From Gordius albopunctatus (lineage: Eukaryota), in contig OZ193909.1 of NCBI GenBank assembly GCA_964276515.1, positions 8,556,001 to 8,620,000 on the forward strand: 64,000 nt of DNA, in the 5' to 3' direction. Of this stretch, positions 26,096 through 39,053 are shown piece by piece; positions within the stretch are counted from its first letter, which is position 1, and each line of letters begins with the position of its first letter. The position numbers and the translations under genes were made by a program. The notes beneath the pieces were generated by a model that did no database searches, had not been told where the DNA came from, and saw only the letters and a list, made by a program, of their open reading frames with translations.

Positions 26096-26244
26096 CCACT
26101 CGCCGAATTTAATGTCCCCCAGTTAAAAAAAGGTTCCCTATTTTAAAATCGTCCCCCATTCAACTAATCACAAAACGGGGGACCTTTTTTTAACTGGGGG
26201 ACATTAAATTCGGTAAGATTGTTTTCGGCAAGTTGACGGGCCAC
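26096..26244. mobile_element. Truncated palindromic MITE related to 35894-36147
   Basis: CCGAATTTAATGTCCCCCAGTTAAAAAA and its inverse; end TTTTCGGCAAGTTGACGGGCCAC shared with 36124-36146. Confidence 0.7.
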
Positions 26245-26945
26245 TCTATGGTTTTATTAGTTTATGATGGCGTCTTTGGGCAAAATTATCACTCCTGCAC
26301 AACCTACAGATTTTCCATCGTCACGACGACCAATCATATATGCTCAAATTTTTGCAAAAGACATGTCATAACACTAAAGGCATGGGTCATAACACTAACA
26401 GCATGTGTCATAAGATAAAATTTGAACAACCAATCAGATTATCGCAAAATAGTTCCAATATTTAATTTTTATTAATTTTTACACAATTAAGACGGTAAAT
26501 CCATCTTTCCGTTTAGTTATAATATTAGCAACATGAGTCAAATCACATTTCTGCTATTTCCGAGACATCACGACGCCAAGGTATTTGTATTAATACATTG
26601 TGTATAAATGTAATTATATTTATTTATACACATATACCAAGAATAATAGTATCACTAATTTATTTATCTCACCTTCACAAACCATGAAATTCAAAACAAA
26701 ACAACTTGGCCATTCTATTATATAAGCTTTATAGTACTATGTTTATTTTTACATATTATATAAAAATAAGGGTAAAATATATTGAAATACTTATATATAT
26801 ATATAATATACATATTTAATAATTATTCATTATATATATTTACTCGTACATATAAGCACTAAATATATTTATACTTATATATATACATAATTATATTCTA
26901 TTGACTAATATTTATGTTTTATGCACATACTTCTATAACACTATA

Positions 26946-26985
<40 letters not shown>

Positions 26986-27222
26986 TATCTACTTAATATA
27001 CATACACTTAATAAATATATTATAATACGTCTAATATTTAAGTGTTATGAAAGATTTTTAATTGATTTGTAAATACAAATAAGTTTCAAATATGTTGTTT
27101 TATCACTTGAATCAGAATTTGTTAGCATTTTAAAAAACATTATTATGTCAAGCAGCAATCATTTTTCACAAACTGTGTTGTTTTATTACTTAAAGACTAT
27201 TGAAATCAACATTTTTAGCATT

Positions 27223-27558
27223 TTACAAAAACCTAATCATTATGTTGGCGAGCTTCATTGGTTTCGGTACGAAGTTCTTTGACGCCTCGGATAGGTCCGT
27301 GATTACGCGGGCGTCGCCATTGGGCTTCGCTATGAAGAATGTGGCTGATCGGATGAGTAGTTTGTTCGACCTGGAGGTTACCCCGGCTCGCACCAGTTCA
27401 GAGAAGAAGGCGGGTGCGCCCTTGGAATAGCGCTTACTCTTTGGTGGTTTAAAGAGTCCCCCGCGTATACGTACCGTGTCTAGTGCTGCCCTGTAGCCGA
27501 TTGTGGCTACCTTCCTTGTGAAAGGTGATATTAGTGCATGGGGTGAGAGCTGCTCGTC
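27223..27558 (-). pseudogene. N-terminal reverse transcriptase fragment, DIRS-like
   Basis: Open frame not in the ORF track: ...ISPFTRKVATIGYRAAL...FSELVRAGV...RSATFFIAKPNGDARVITDLSEASKNFVPKPMKLAN; GC-rich island. Confidence 0.65.
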
Positions 27559-28033
27559 CTAATGTCTAGGGGGGGGGGGGTGTCCGGGGCCGGTCTTAAA
27601 CCGGTCCCCGGACTTTATTATTATAAATATCAGTTCATTTGATATAAAACATTATACATGATCCTATATTATAAAAAATAAAATCATATATTATTATATA
27701 GCAAACTCATATATATTTTCATTTATTTATGATAAACTGCTCATATCTATAGTCTTGACAGGCAACTATTTAATATCAATACATTGTTATTATAAAACCT
27801 TTACTATATAGTTAATTAATATATACTAATTATACAATAGTATTTAATATTAAATAAAATTTGTACAAAATACATGTATTTTTCAATATTAATTTGATGA
27901 TTCAGATATATTGTCTAATTTGTCAACCTAGTCTCGATGTTAAAATTTCCCGATGTTGTGCATGATTCCAAAAATATATATATGACTGTAACCAATTGAC
28001 ATTTAATGGCAAATATCCCACAATTAGCCTATA

Positions 28034-31000
28034 ATGCCAAAATTGTTTGATGAAGACAACGATAATTTAAAAATTGAAATAAATAATGATTATGCTAAAA
28101 AATATGATCTTTGGCGCGAGAAAGAGGAACACCAAAAATGTAAAAAGAAAATTTGACGAATTAAAAAAACTAATATAAATATTATATAGAAATTGATTAT
28201 AAATAATTTATTGATATAATATTTTTAGTGAAGGATAAATATGGAGATTTAGATATTGAAGAAAAATGTGATACGTTATCATCATCTTCTGACACAGATA
28301 GTGAATTAGAGAAAGATGTAAATATTGATAATTTGATTTATAATCATTTTATATAAAATAAGGCATTTGATCCAAAGATTGAAGAAGAATTTGACAATAC
28401 CTTAAAGATGTTGAAGGAAAAAAATCCTAAAATTTATAATAATGAATTCCAATTTTTTAATGGTAATTAATTTAAATATTTCAATTCATTTATTAAAAGG
28501 TAACAAAATTGAGTTAAACAATAGACAAGAATCAATAGATAAAAATATAAAAAACTCCAAAAAAATGACAATTAATGATTATGAAAGGCATATTATTCAA
28601 AACAAGGGAGGGTAATAATGTTATAATTTAAATTAAATACAACTTTGTGAAGTCAATGAACAATATTATTAATTTTAAATTTATACAAATACCTTAATTA
28701 CAAAAAAACTGTTTATTGTAATATGTTTGATATTTAATAATATTCATATTTTAGGGTTTATACAGATGATGAAACGGACGAAGACAAAAATAATGTTAAA
28801 AGCAATACCTATGTACAAGAACAGAAATTATTGAAAGATTGGTATATATTGACTATTTAAAAATATTACGTGTGTATTAATATTTTTCTAATTAAGTAGT
28901 GGGAATGTAAAAATGATTATATAATAATTTGATATTATCTTCAACTTAGATTTTATTCTTTCTAATGACATTTGCCCTATCCAACCTCCCTTCATCTAAT
29001 TTTAGCTCCATTTCATAAAATATATATTATTTTGCTGACATAATATAAGGGTAAATCTCAAAATTTATATCCTAACCCATGAGAAATTTTTTATGTATTT
29101 TTATCACATTCTTTATATCTAAAAAAAGTGAATATATTTTTTTTAATTTTGCAGCAAGCTTTTTACTTATAGTTTTAATTATTTATATAGCTTAATTCTA
29201 TTTATTTTTTTAATTAAAAACACTTTGTACAAGGTTGCTTTCAAACATGCTTAAAATTCATCACTTGCAATTGAATACATGTCTACAAAAATAATCTCCT
29301 TTAAAGGAATGTATCGCATTAAATACATTCTTTAAGAGTATTTTCTATAGAGCTACACATAATGCTTTTAAAATCTTTAGCCTGATAGGGCTAACTTTAT
29401 TTTAAGAAAGTGCCTGGATCTGGTATAATTCTTAGATAGATTTCTTTTAGAGATGTGATTATACATTTTTAAACAAATCCTTTGTGAGAAAAATTATATT
29501 GGCATACAACATTTAAGATCAATGGGGCATGCAATAATCCAAAATAGATTATAACTCATATGTCTTGTTAAAAACTTAAAATATACCATGGGGATTCTTT
29601 TAATATTTTAAAAAACAGTTTTAAAAAGGCTATTCATCCTGAGAGCGATAACGAGGGTGAATTTTTCAAAGTATTGCCGGTGACTAAAGGAGCCATGAAC
29701 CCTAACATTGAAACAGAATGTCAGTCAGTTAAGGATAGCAGTGTGTTTCCTGAATACAATTCCTTAAAAACCGTATTTGATAAATACGGAATCCAAGAGG
29801 ATGAAAATCTAAAGGTATCATTCTTGATGCTTTTTATGAAAAGGCAAAATTAATTTATAAAATATACATATAAATAATGTATCATCTCTTTGCAAATAAT
29901 AACTTGTTTACAATCCCATATTAATCAATTTTTAAACACCAACACTTCTTCTATGTAAGTCACTTTTTTAAATTTTAACCACTTCAAAATTTTCAACATA
30001 AAAATATGACCTGGCCTGACACGAAAATAAGAAAAAATTCTGTGGTACACTAAATTTAAATTTCCAATTAATGTGTTAGCTACAACAAATATTTGATGCC
30101 ACGAATTTTGAGTAAAAATTATTTAAACAATGTTTTATGATTATAAATAAATATCGTGAAATCCAAAATATCAGGTTTTCTTTTCTTCCTGTTTTGTAAA
30201 AATTTAACTTAAATAGTTTGAAGAAAAACTTGAACAGTTCTTCACACTATATATATAATAAAATATTTGATATATTGATTATGTGATTTTCCTTGCTCAT
30301 GGACAATATCAATTAGGAAAAAAATTATGATCAGTGAATAAAATGCATCATTTTAGAAAATATACTTTGACATAGTAAAACTATAGCAGTTAAGGTTCAT
30401 CTTGCACGTGAATTACTTTAAACAATTTCCTAAGTTTCGAGATGCAAAATGATTCATAGCCATTAACCCTACCCAACACTTTTTTGAGGCCACTCGTGGG
30501 CATTACAAATTTTTTAACCCTGGTTTCGGGTCACATGTTTAGACTTCTACTGCTTATTATATGTGCCTTGTTGGTATTCTAGTCCGACCGTACAACGTGT
30601 GAGGCAGACAATATTAGACCCCTATACGAATCTCGTGTCTCTTCTGGCGATGAAGGCGAAGCGTCAAATTATCAGGCCAAACCGACACAACAGCAGCATC
30701 GATACAGATTTAGAGAAATAGAAGAAAAGGAGGCAAACGGGCCAAACAACGTTATAGCCTCCTTCCCAAGAATTTTACCACCGGAAGTGTCTTCGAGTTT
30801 GCTGAGAAAGCCTAAACCCCGAAACGAAAAGAGGAAAGCGCAACGAGAAGCGCGTTTCACCAAAAAGAAGGCGGAAAAAATAAAAATTTTGGAAGAAACT
30901 AAGCGTTTGCGGAGTCTTAAATTGCAAACCATCCGTCGCAAAGTTAGCAAGCTGGAAAAGGTGTCGGGCCTGAGTCACCTAGACTCCCTGCTAACCCTGG

Positions 31001-32511
31001 AGGATATCGAAAAAGATTATGACCCTGAAAAATTCGATCGCATGATAAACGTACGCCTTTTAAGTATCATATTTTGGCTAAAAATTTTTATAATCATTTG
31101 TACATGATATATGCGCGCATATTGATGTAAATTATAACTAACGTTTTGCTTGGGTGTAGAGGATGTTCGATGAAAAATATTACGAAGATGATAAAAGGGA
31201 TATTAAAAAGCCCCTCTTCAATGATACAGATGACGAGATAGACGATATGAAAGGTGGATGAATATTGTATGTATTGCTTATACTCTTTTAGAAAACAGAT
31301 TGTCGAATTTTAATAGTGAGGGTAATACAAAGACTACAGAAATCATTCAGGGTAAATTGAGTGGGAACAAAAACGATGAAACGAGAAAGGGTAATTAGAT
31401 TTTTTAAATTCGACATGTCTCATTATTGTAGAACTCGAAAGTCTCAAAAGTGACTTGGACCAATATCTCAATTTAAATTTTAGTGGGATCGTGGCTGGCA
31501 AGCCGACACGTTTCAAGTATCGCAAAGTCGTTCCCAATCAATTTGGATTAACCACAGATGAAGTTAATATATATTAATATCTTACTGATTCTCATACGCC
31601 AACTAGCTATTTAAAGAATTTTTTATGTTAGTGGTATACATTGCCAAAATTTATTAATCCTAACATTTTTTATTTAAGAATATCGAATCGGTGTAAAAAA
31701 ATAAAATATTTTTATTTAAGAATATCAAATCGGTGTAAAAAAAATTCTTTGGTCAATGCAGCCAAATTTTGAATAGTTTTTCTTGGCTACAGCTAACTTA
31801 ATGTTATAAAGTTTGTTTCAATTTTAATTATATAAACATCACCAATTTTAGATATTGGGTGCTGATGATAAAGAACTAAACAAATGGGTTTCACTCAAGA
31901 AAATGGTCCAATACAGAACCGATCAAGAAGAAAAATTTGATCTTCATGCTTACGATATCAAAGGAAAACAATTTTTTAAAAAGAAGAAAATTTTAACTAG
32001 TATGTATGCTCCGAAGCCTAAAACGCTCACGGAAAACACCCAATCGGAGTGAGATTTTTTTTATTGCTAACTTCTTAATTGTTGAGTTAGCCTTTTATTA
32101 ACAGTAACATCACTCATAATGTTAATTATAGATATTAAAATGTTGTCATTTAGGGATGAAAATAACGGGGGGAAATTTACAACTACTTTTGTGCTCAAAA
32201 CAAATGATGTTAAAAAGTTGTGTGCAAACGACTCAAATAATTTAAACGAAAAAGTTTTAGACGTAGACAAATGTAAACCTGAAAGGAGTACAGATCGCGA
32301 ATTAGAAGAAAATAAAATACAATCCCCAGATGAAAAGAAATTGACGCAGAACTTAACTATTGATAAAAAAGTTAAAAAATTTATACACGATCCAAAATTG
32401 AAAACATCCCAATTAATACCTTCTGATCAAAGATTGTTATTATACGGAATCAATCCCAAAGTTTATAAAAAAAAGTTAAAATATAAACAAGTTAAAAAGA
32501 ACGTTACCTAA
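28034..32511 (+). CDS. KRI1: Protein KRI1 homolog (40S ribosome biogenesis), 12 exons
   Basis: Exons 28034-28139, 28229-28317, 28363-28462, 28500-28611, 28755-28841, 29619-29814, 30583-31050, 31160-31253, 31292-31390, 31432-31562, 31852-32048, 32154-32511 with GT-AG introns in phase; motifs [88 protein letters not shown] at ~32523. Confidence 0.93.
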
Positions 32512-32784
32512 ATTGTATCATAAATAAATTTGTTACTAACCATGATTGATCCTTTTAATTTATGTTTTAAATTATTTTTTTGTCTGTTACAAAGCCGCTT
32601 AGATCGCTTATTTTAAATAATATAAGCTGTAACGTTCACTTTGTAAAACAAATGGATGATTTTGATTGTCAAATTTTCTTAGTATTAGATGCTTCTGTTT
32701 TTTCATAAATTATGGTAATTTTTATATTTTTCCTACTGATTTTGACCTTTTATATTCCAATATCAATGTAGCTTTATCTGTTGC

Positions 32785-32912
32785 CATGGGCCTAGCCAGG
32801 ATTGGATTTAGAGGGGGGGGCAATAATGATTTAGGGAGGGGCAAAATGATAAATTTTCGGCATAATTATATTTGGAAAAATTTTTGGATTTAGAGGGGGC
32901 ATCCGCGCTACG
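32785..32912. mobile_element. Decayed MITE of the CATGGGCGTAGCCAGG type
   Basis: CATGGGCCTAGCCAGG start, G-runs, partial GCTACG end; related to 54609-54770. Confidence 0.5.
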
Positions 32913-35893
32913 TTTAAATCTGTTGTAAATCAGATTATTTATAATTTACAATCATAATATGGTGGTTAAGGCTCAGGGCCTCAATGTATGCCTATTAAAA
33001 TTACTCAAATGTGATTATTATAATACCAGCGATGTTTTATCTGTTACACACCTGATCATGATCTTAATAAGAGAGGACTCACATTATAATGTTAAAATTT
33101 TTAACGATACCAAGTTACAATTTTGATATCATACAGATTAATAATATTTATTTCATCAGCAACTATTATTATAACTTTAGTAAACGATAATATATTTACA
33201 AGTTATTATAAATAATCAAGATTCAATAAGTCTTTCTAGTCTTCTGTCAACAATATCATTTACGCGCTTTTCTCGCCGATGTAGGAATATGTAGCTTATG
33301 ATAGCTAATAGAGATACACCAAGTTCGAATATCCAAAAAATTTTAATCTCTTGATGTAGCTCAGTTTTGCAACTTTAACATAATAAAAAAAGGTATATAA
33401 AATTTCAAATAATTATAAAAAGCTAAAATAAGTCGAAATCTTAATTGAGTGGTAGGTAGGATTCCTGTTGTTAATATGTAAATCAGGCCATCTTCAATTT
33501 TATGACAAACATGATAACGTCCAACAAGCTTAGTTCAATCATGAGGGGGGAGGGGTATTTATATTACATATAAGCAAATTTACTACATATAAAATAATTT
33601 ACCTTAAAATATATAATGAACTTAATTGCTTTTAATTATTTTATTTTTAGAAATTCTAATAGCAACTATTAATTGCCACGCATATGGGTTTATATGATGC
33701 CATATATAGAAATATTAGAATAAAATTTACAATTAACAAATGATTAAACAGGTAGGACAGTCTAGAGTTTAAAAGCAATATAATGTACATCGAGTTAAAT
33801 TTATATAAAAAAATTAACTTAGATTTGCTTTTGTCTTAACCCTCACGATCCCTGGTTTTTAAAATGCTTTTTACCCTAGCCCAACCCTTACAAGTTGGGC
33901 TTATGACGTCTAGAGCCCTGTACGGGCCGCCCAGAGCCCAACCCGCCCTGATCGAGTTTTGGGCCGGGTTCGCGCAGAATTTGATAAAATATTCGGATCG
34001 AACTAAAGCAAATTAATCTTAATAAAATATGATTTAAATCGATATTAAATAATTATCTTCGCACAGCGTACATAATATCGCTTCCAAACTTCAGCTTTTT
34101 TCCTAAATGGACAAGGTTCCTTATTAGTTATTATTGTGTTATTTAAATAAACATGTTATCTCATCTTTATAAAATATGTATTTTATAAAAATAACAAATG
34201 GTTAGTAATATATTTTGAGCATCGTTGTTTTTTTAAATAAATTACCGAGAATACAAAAGGTTTTTGATTAAAACAAATATAAGGTGTTATTTATGTGGTC
34301 AAAGACCATCTGAAAATAATTGTATAAATACAAATTGTAATTTAAATGGTATAATATGTTATTTTGACAATATTTTAACAACAGGACGCACAAAAGATGA
34401 GCATTATATGTAGCTTGTTTAGGTCTTGAATTTAATTAGTCTAAAAGGTTTAAAAGTGTCAGCTAAAAAATATATATATTTGGGCTACATTTTAAATAAC
34501 AGTAATATTCACCTAAAATATGACAAAATAGAAGAAATATACATTAAATAAAAAGGAACTATCATCATTTGACCCATAAATTTTTTGACCTCAAAGCTAA
34601 AAAACCTTTATTTTGCAATCCAAATAATATTCTTTTGGGTTAGGTTTGAGATAACCATAAAAAATATAAATTCAAAAACCCAACTCTTAATATTTAACAT
34701 TACCACACTAGCTAAAAGCAAAAAGGTGTTCTGTGCAAGGTGTCTTATTTATCAACAGTTTCCATGTAATTTATCTCAGCAATATTAAAGGAAGGTATTA
34801 TTTTAAAAAAGATAAAGCGAATATATGGCAAATTTTAACAAGTATAATTGTTAATTTTGTATAACTTCTAATAAGATATTACAATGTATGACATGCAATA
34901 ATTTAGCATTGGAAATGTAATAAATTGTTGTACTTGTAAAAAGGTTGTTAATATGTGATATTTAAAATATTTTCTATAAGGTAAGTAAAAGATTCTTATA
35001 TTTTTTTCAATATTTAGACTGAAAAGAAAAGATAACTAAAATTTTAAAATTCAAATTATTGTTTGGAAATACATTAGAAGCACATTTAATATTTAGTGGA
35101 CACCAAATAAGTTTTAATGGTAAAGCAAATAATAGTAAAATGAGCCTTGTCATCCTGAAACCATAGTTAAAAAAGCAAGTAATTTTTACTGCTAATAAAT
35201 TCATAATTTACAACTTATTATCAAAGCTAATTTATGGAGTTAACAATTGATTAAATATAATTTAAATTTTGGGATTCATTCAGGTGTATACACATTAAAG
35301 GAATAATTGGAAGACACATTATCATTAAATAAAGTATTGCCAACCCTCTTCCCCTACTAAATTTAAAAAAAAGCTATACATATATTAGTATAATAAGAAG
35401 CTTAATAATATTTAAAATACTTTCTTAAAACTTGACCAGTACTGCTGCAATTTAGGATTTCAATATATTTCCCAAAGGAACAAGTATCTGTGAAGGTCTA
35501 AAAATTTCAATAAATTTCATCATCAAAATACTTTGTTAAGATCTTTACATGATACACATTCCTTAATAATATTATATTGCTCAGTTTTCCAACAACCATC
35601 GCCATGGTTTTGAGATATGTTTCGAGCCAATACTAGATAACAATTATAATTTAAATCACTAAGAATTACTTATTCGTTTCATATAATTCCATTTTAGTGA
35701 ATAATTAACTGCATTATTTTCAACAATAAACAAAGCTAATGCTAGACTAAAATATTTTATGGGCTAGATATATGAATTTTATACATCAGAACGATCAAGA
35801 ATGCAGCAATTATAATCCGGCGCGTTGATAAACATTCTAACATTTATGATCATTTAATTTCGTCTAACTCGTCGCAAATCTATAGTAAACATT

Positions 35894-36147
35894 GGTGCAC
35901 TATCAACTCGCCGAAAACAGTCTTGCCGAATTCTCCCTGCGATATTAACGAACATCTCCCCATTATCATAAAGATGGTCCTAAATTGTGTACATTTTATA
36001 GTAATTATCAATTTTATTATAAAAAATAGCTAATTTATAACTTTAATCGGAAATTGAATGATTTATATGTTTCTTTGTTGGGGGACATTTTTTAACATTG
36101 GAACATTCAATTCGGCAAGATGATTTTCGGCAAGTTGACGGGCCACC
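35894..36147. mobile_element. MULE-type MITE
   Basis: ~40-bp imperfect TIR GGTG..TCAACT(C/T)GCCGAAAA..TCTTGCCGAATT; 9-bp TSD GTAAACATT/GTAATCATC (7/9). Confidence 0.7.
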
Positions 36148-38058
36148 GTAATCATCAAGTTCATTTTGGCCGTCGGCTCAAAAAAATTTTTGGTCAAATT
36201 TACACTAAATTAATATTTAATGAGTACAATGTTTTCTTCTTCTCGGTTGAAAAGAAGTTGTGAACAACATTTTTTTAAAATTTAATGCTGCGCACCAAAT
36301 AAAAACACTGTAGCAAGTTTTTAGTACATTTACATGTCTTCACTAATATAGGCCTATCCTATCTTAAGTTGATGAGCATCTTGATAAAACGGCCTTGAAA
36401 AAGGAGGGCATATTCTCCATCCTTAAACAGCTTGATACTTTTCTAGAAATTGGATTAGCCGTGATGGAGCTTCTATAGTTTCGTACGAGGTAGGAAAGTT
36501 ACTATTTGAACTTTACCTGCGTTAATATCTTATTGCCCTCCAATAACGATATAACTTATTATAATCATCCAAAGATCATTACTCTTTCTATGACTTTTGT
36601 CCCCTTAGTGGCTTATAATTCCGCCAATTCGCAAGAAAGTGTAGGGACTAATTAGCTTCCCAGTTCGGGTTATTTAAAATATTTGCATATTTAATACTCT
36701 TTACTTGAACATTAAACTCACCTTGAAGTGATTAGTCATATCCGACAATTAATTTCTCTACACCATTATACAAACAACTCCTTGCGCTTACAAAATCCCT
36801 TATTCTTCTTTTTACATTTATATTAAAAAACATACACTCTTGTTTATACTTTATTAATAAAAACTCATATTGGTTACTTTAATAATCGGGCTACCAATTT
36901 AATAGTCCTGGTTTATTGTCAAACAAATAAAATAGCGTATGACCAATAGACGTATCCATGGTTGTTCAATCCAGGGCTTATACAATACACAATCCAAAAT
37001 TATTATATCCACAAGACCAAAATCACAATTATCGAATGATGATAAAAATTAGTGTATTCCAGTATTCACGAGACACAGACAATTAAAAATATAATCGAAT
37101 CCATCAATATATAAAAAAAGTGTGTGTATGTTGTCTTCCCTCGTTCCTCCCTTCTTTTTAATCACTTCATATGTCTTTATCCTTCGGTCATATTATTTGT
37201 TTTTACTTTATTCTCCACACCCGCCTTTGTGTCGATATGTGTCGTTGACTAAACACAACAGCGGTATAATGGTATTTAATTAAATCGTTAGGATAATAAT
37301 ATTTTGGATATAAAGGTAGACGTTGGACGATGGGCGGAGGGAAATATCAGTGCGAAAAATAATGCGAGATTGGGTGATGTCTACGGACTAATGAAAGTAT
37401 TGGGTTAGGGGCTGTTTGGTTTTTGGGAGATAGTTGTAGCAGGACAAACGAGTTTTAAGTAGAAAAATATATAATTAAATGCAGGGTAAAAATCCAGTTA
37501 GTTAAACCCTGTCGATGCGCTTCTCAATTTGCACGAGGGATGCCTTTAACCTTACGACAGGTCGATTTACTACACATCTCAATTAGTGTTTCGATCTCGT
37601 CTCGTCTCGATCTCGAAACCAAAATCTCGTCTCGTCTCGGGTGGGATTATTAGAATCTCGATCTCGTCTCGGCCTAGAAAAATCTCGATCTCGTCTCGAC
37701 GAGAATTCTCGTCTCGTCTCGACTTTTAAAAATAATTATAATAACATATATTTTTTTCTTATAAATTATTATATAAGGTATAAATTTGTCAAAATAGACG
37801 TATTTTTTAACTTGAATCTCAAAACAGAAGCTTGAGTAACTTAAAGTAGGAAGCAATATAATATAGGTGTTATATACTAATTGACTCAAAGGTATAAGGC
37901 TGCTAATTAATAAATTTTATGTCCTGGGTAAGGCTCAATAAAATAAAGTTTAATATCATCATACTTTAACATAATGAATTTATTGAAATTTTAAATAATA
38001 GAGTACAAATAATGAAAAAAATGCGAGTGTAACTTTTTAAAACATTATCATTTATAAC

Positions 38059-38720
38059 CAGAGCTGTTAAAGTTCATCTATGATACGAACTAGTTCAAGT
38101 TCATAGTTCAATTTGAAAAAATCATTAGTTCAAGTTCAAGTTCATTTTTTTTTCAAAAGTAACCAGTTCAAGTTCACGTTCATGTAGGAAAAATGTAACT
38201 AGTTCAAGTTAATAGTTCAATTTTACAAAAATGACTAGTTAAAGTTCAGTTCAAAGTTCAGTTCATTTTTTTAAATATGATAAAGTTTAAATCTAATCCA
38301 ATTTAGGAAATGATTCCTAAATTAAAATCAGTTTTTGTTGAGAGCTATCCAAAATTTTAAATAAATTTCATAGTTTATTTTATTATATATTTGAAAATCT
38401 AATTTAAGGAAATATTCATATATAACAAAATCATCAACTATACAATGTTTAAAATCTTTATTACAAACAATATACAATTATAATTTACAATAAAAATCAT
38501 GTGAAAGTAGATGTGAATTGGACTTTAATAAAATATTGTTCTCAAAATTATCGTTTAATAAACAAGTACGTTTATCTCCAAATATAAGCTTTCCCAGACT
38601 GAAAAGCCTTTCAACTGGAGCACTAGATGGAAGGCAAACATTAAATTTGATAAAAATTTGCTTTAGATTGGGAAATTCATCAAATACATCAAATGAGGTA
38701 TTATTTAATTTAATATAGTC
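38059..38720 (-). pseudogene. 3' end of a different hAT: terminus, AGTTCA repeats and dimerization-domain remnant
   Basis: CAGAGCTGTTAA terminus; minus strand FPNLKQIFIKFNVCLPSSAPVERLFSLGKLIFGDKR. Confidence 0.8.
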
Positions 38721-39053
38721 TTCAAAGTAAGTTTAAAAAATATATTTTATGAAATCTGTCCAATGCATTAGTGAAAATAATATTTCATAGCAAATATATA
38801 CAAGTATTTAGTCATTTTTAAAGAATATGCTTGATATATAATAACTATTATAAGCTTACATTTCCTGAAGCCTCTAGGTTGGCTGAAAAAAAGTTGTTGG
38901 GCAGTTTTGATTCCTTATTAACTTGAGTAGGGTAAAGGGTATAATAATCCTTATGATGGTAACGTTTTAGATGTCGTTGAAGACCTGAAGTATTGCTATC
39001 TGTCATTTTTATTTCTTTGGAACAGAATTTACATTTCCCCATTTTATTTGATT

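Noticed and set aside
27200..27430. 76-aa plus-strand ORF
   Set aside because: Antisense to the RT-like frame, which carries the recognisable motifs
28719..28752. miR-190-like ATATGTTTGATAT in a KRI1 intron
   Set aside because: Seed mismatch and hairpin too short
36300..37480. Possible decayed LINE remnant or exons
   Set aside because: Only a faint NYKPL-like trace on the minus strand; too eroded to delimit
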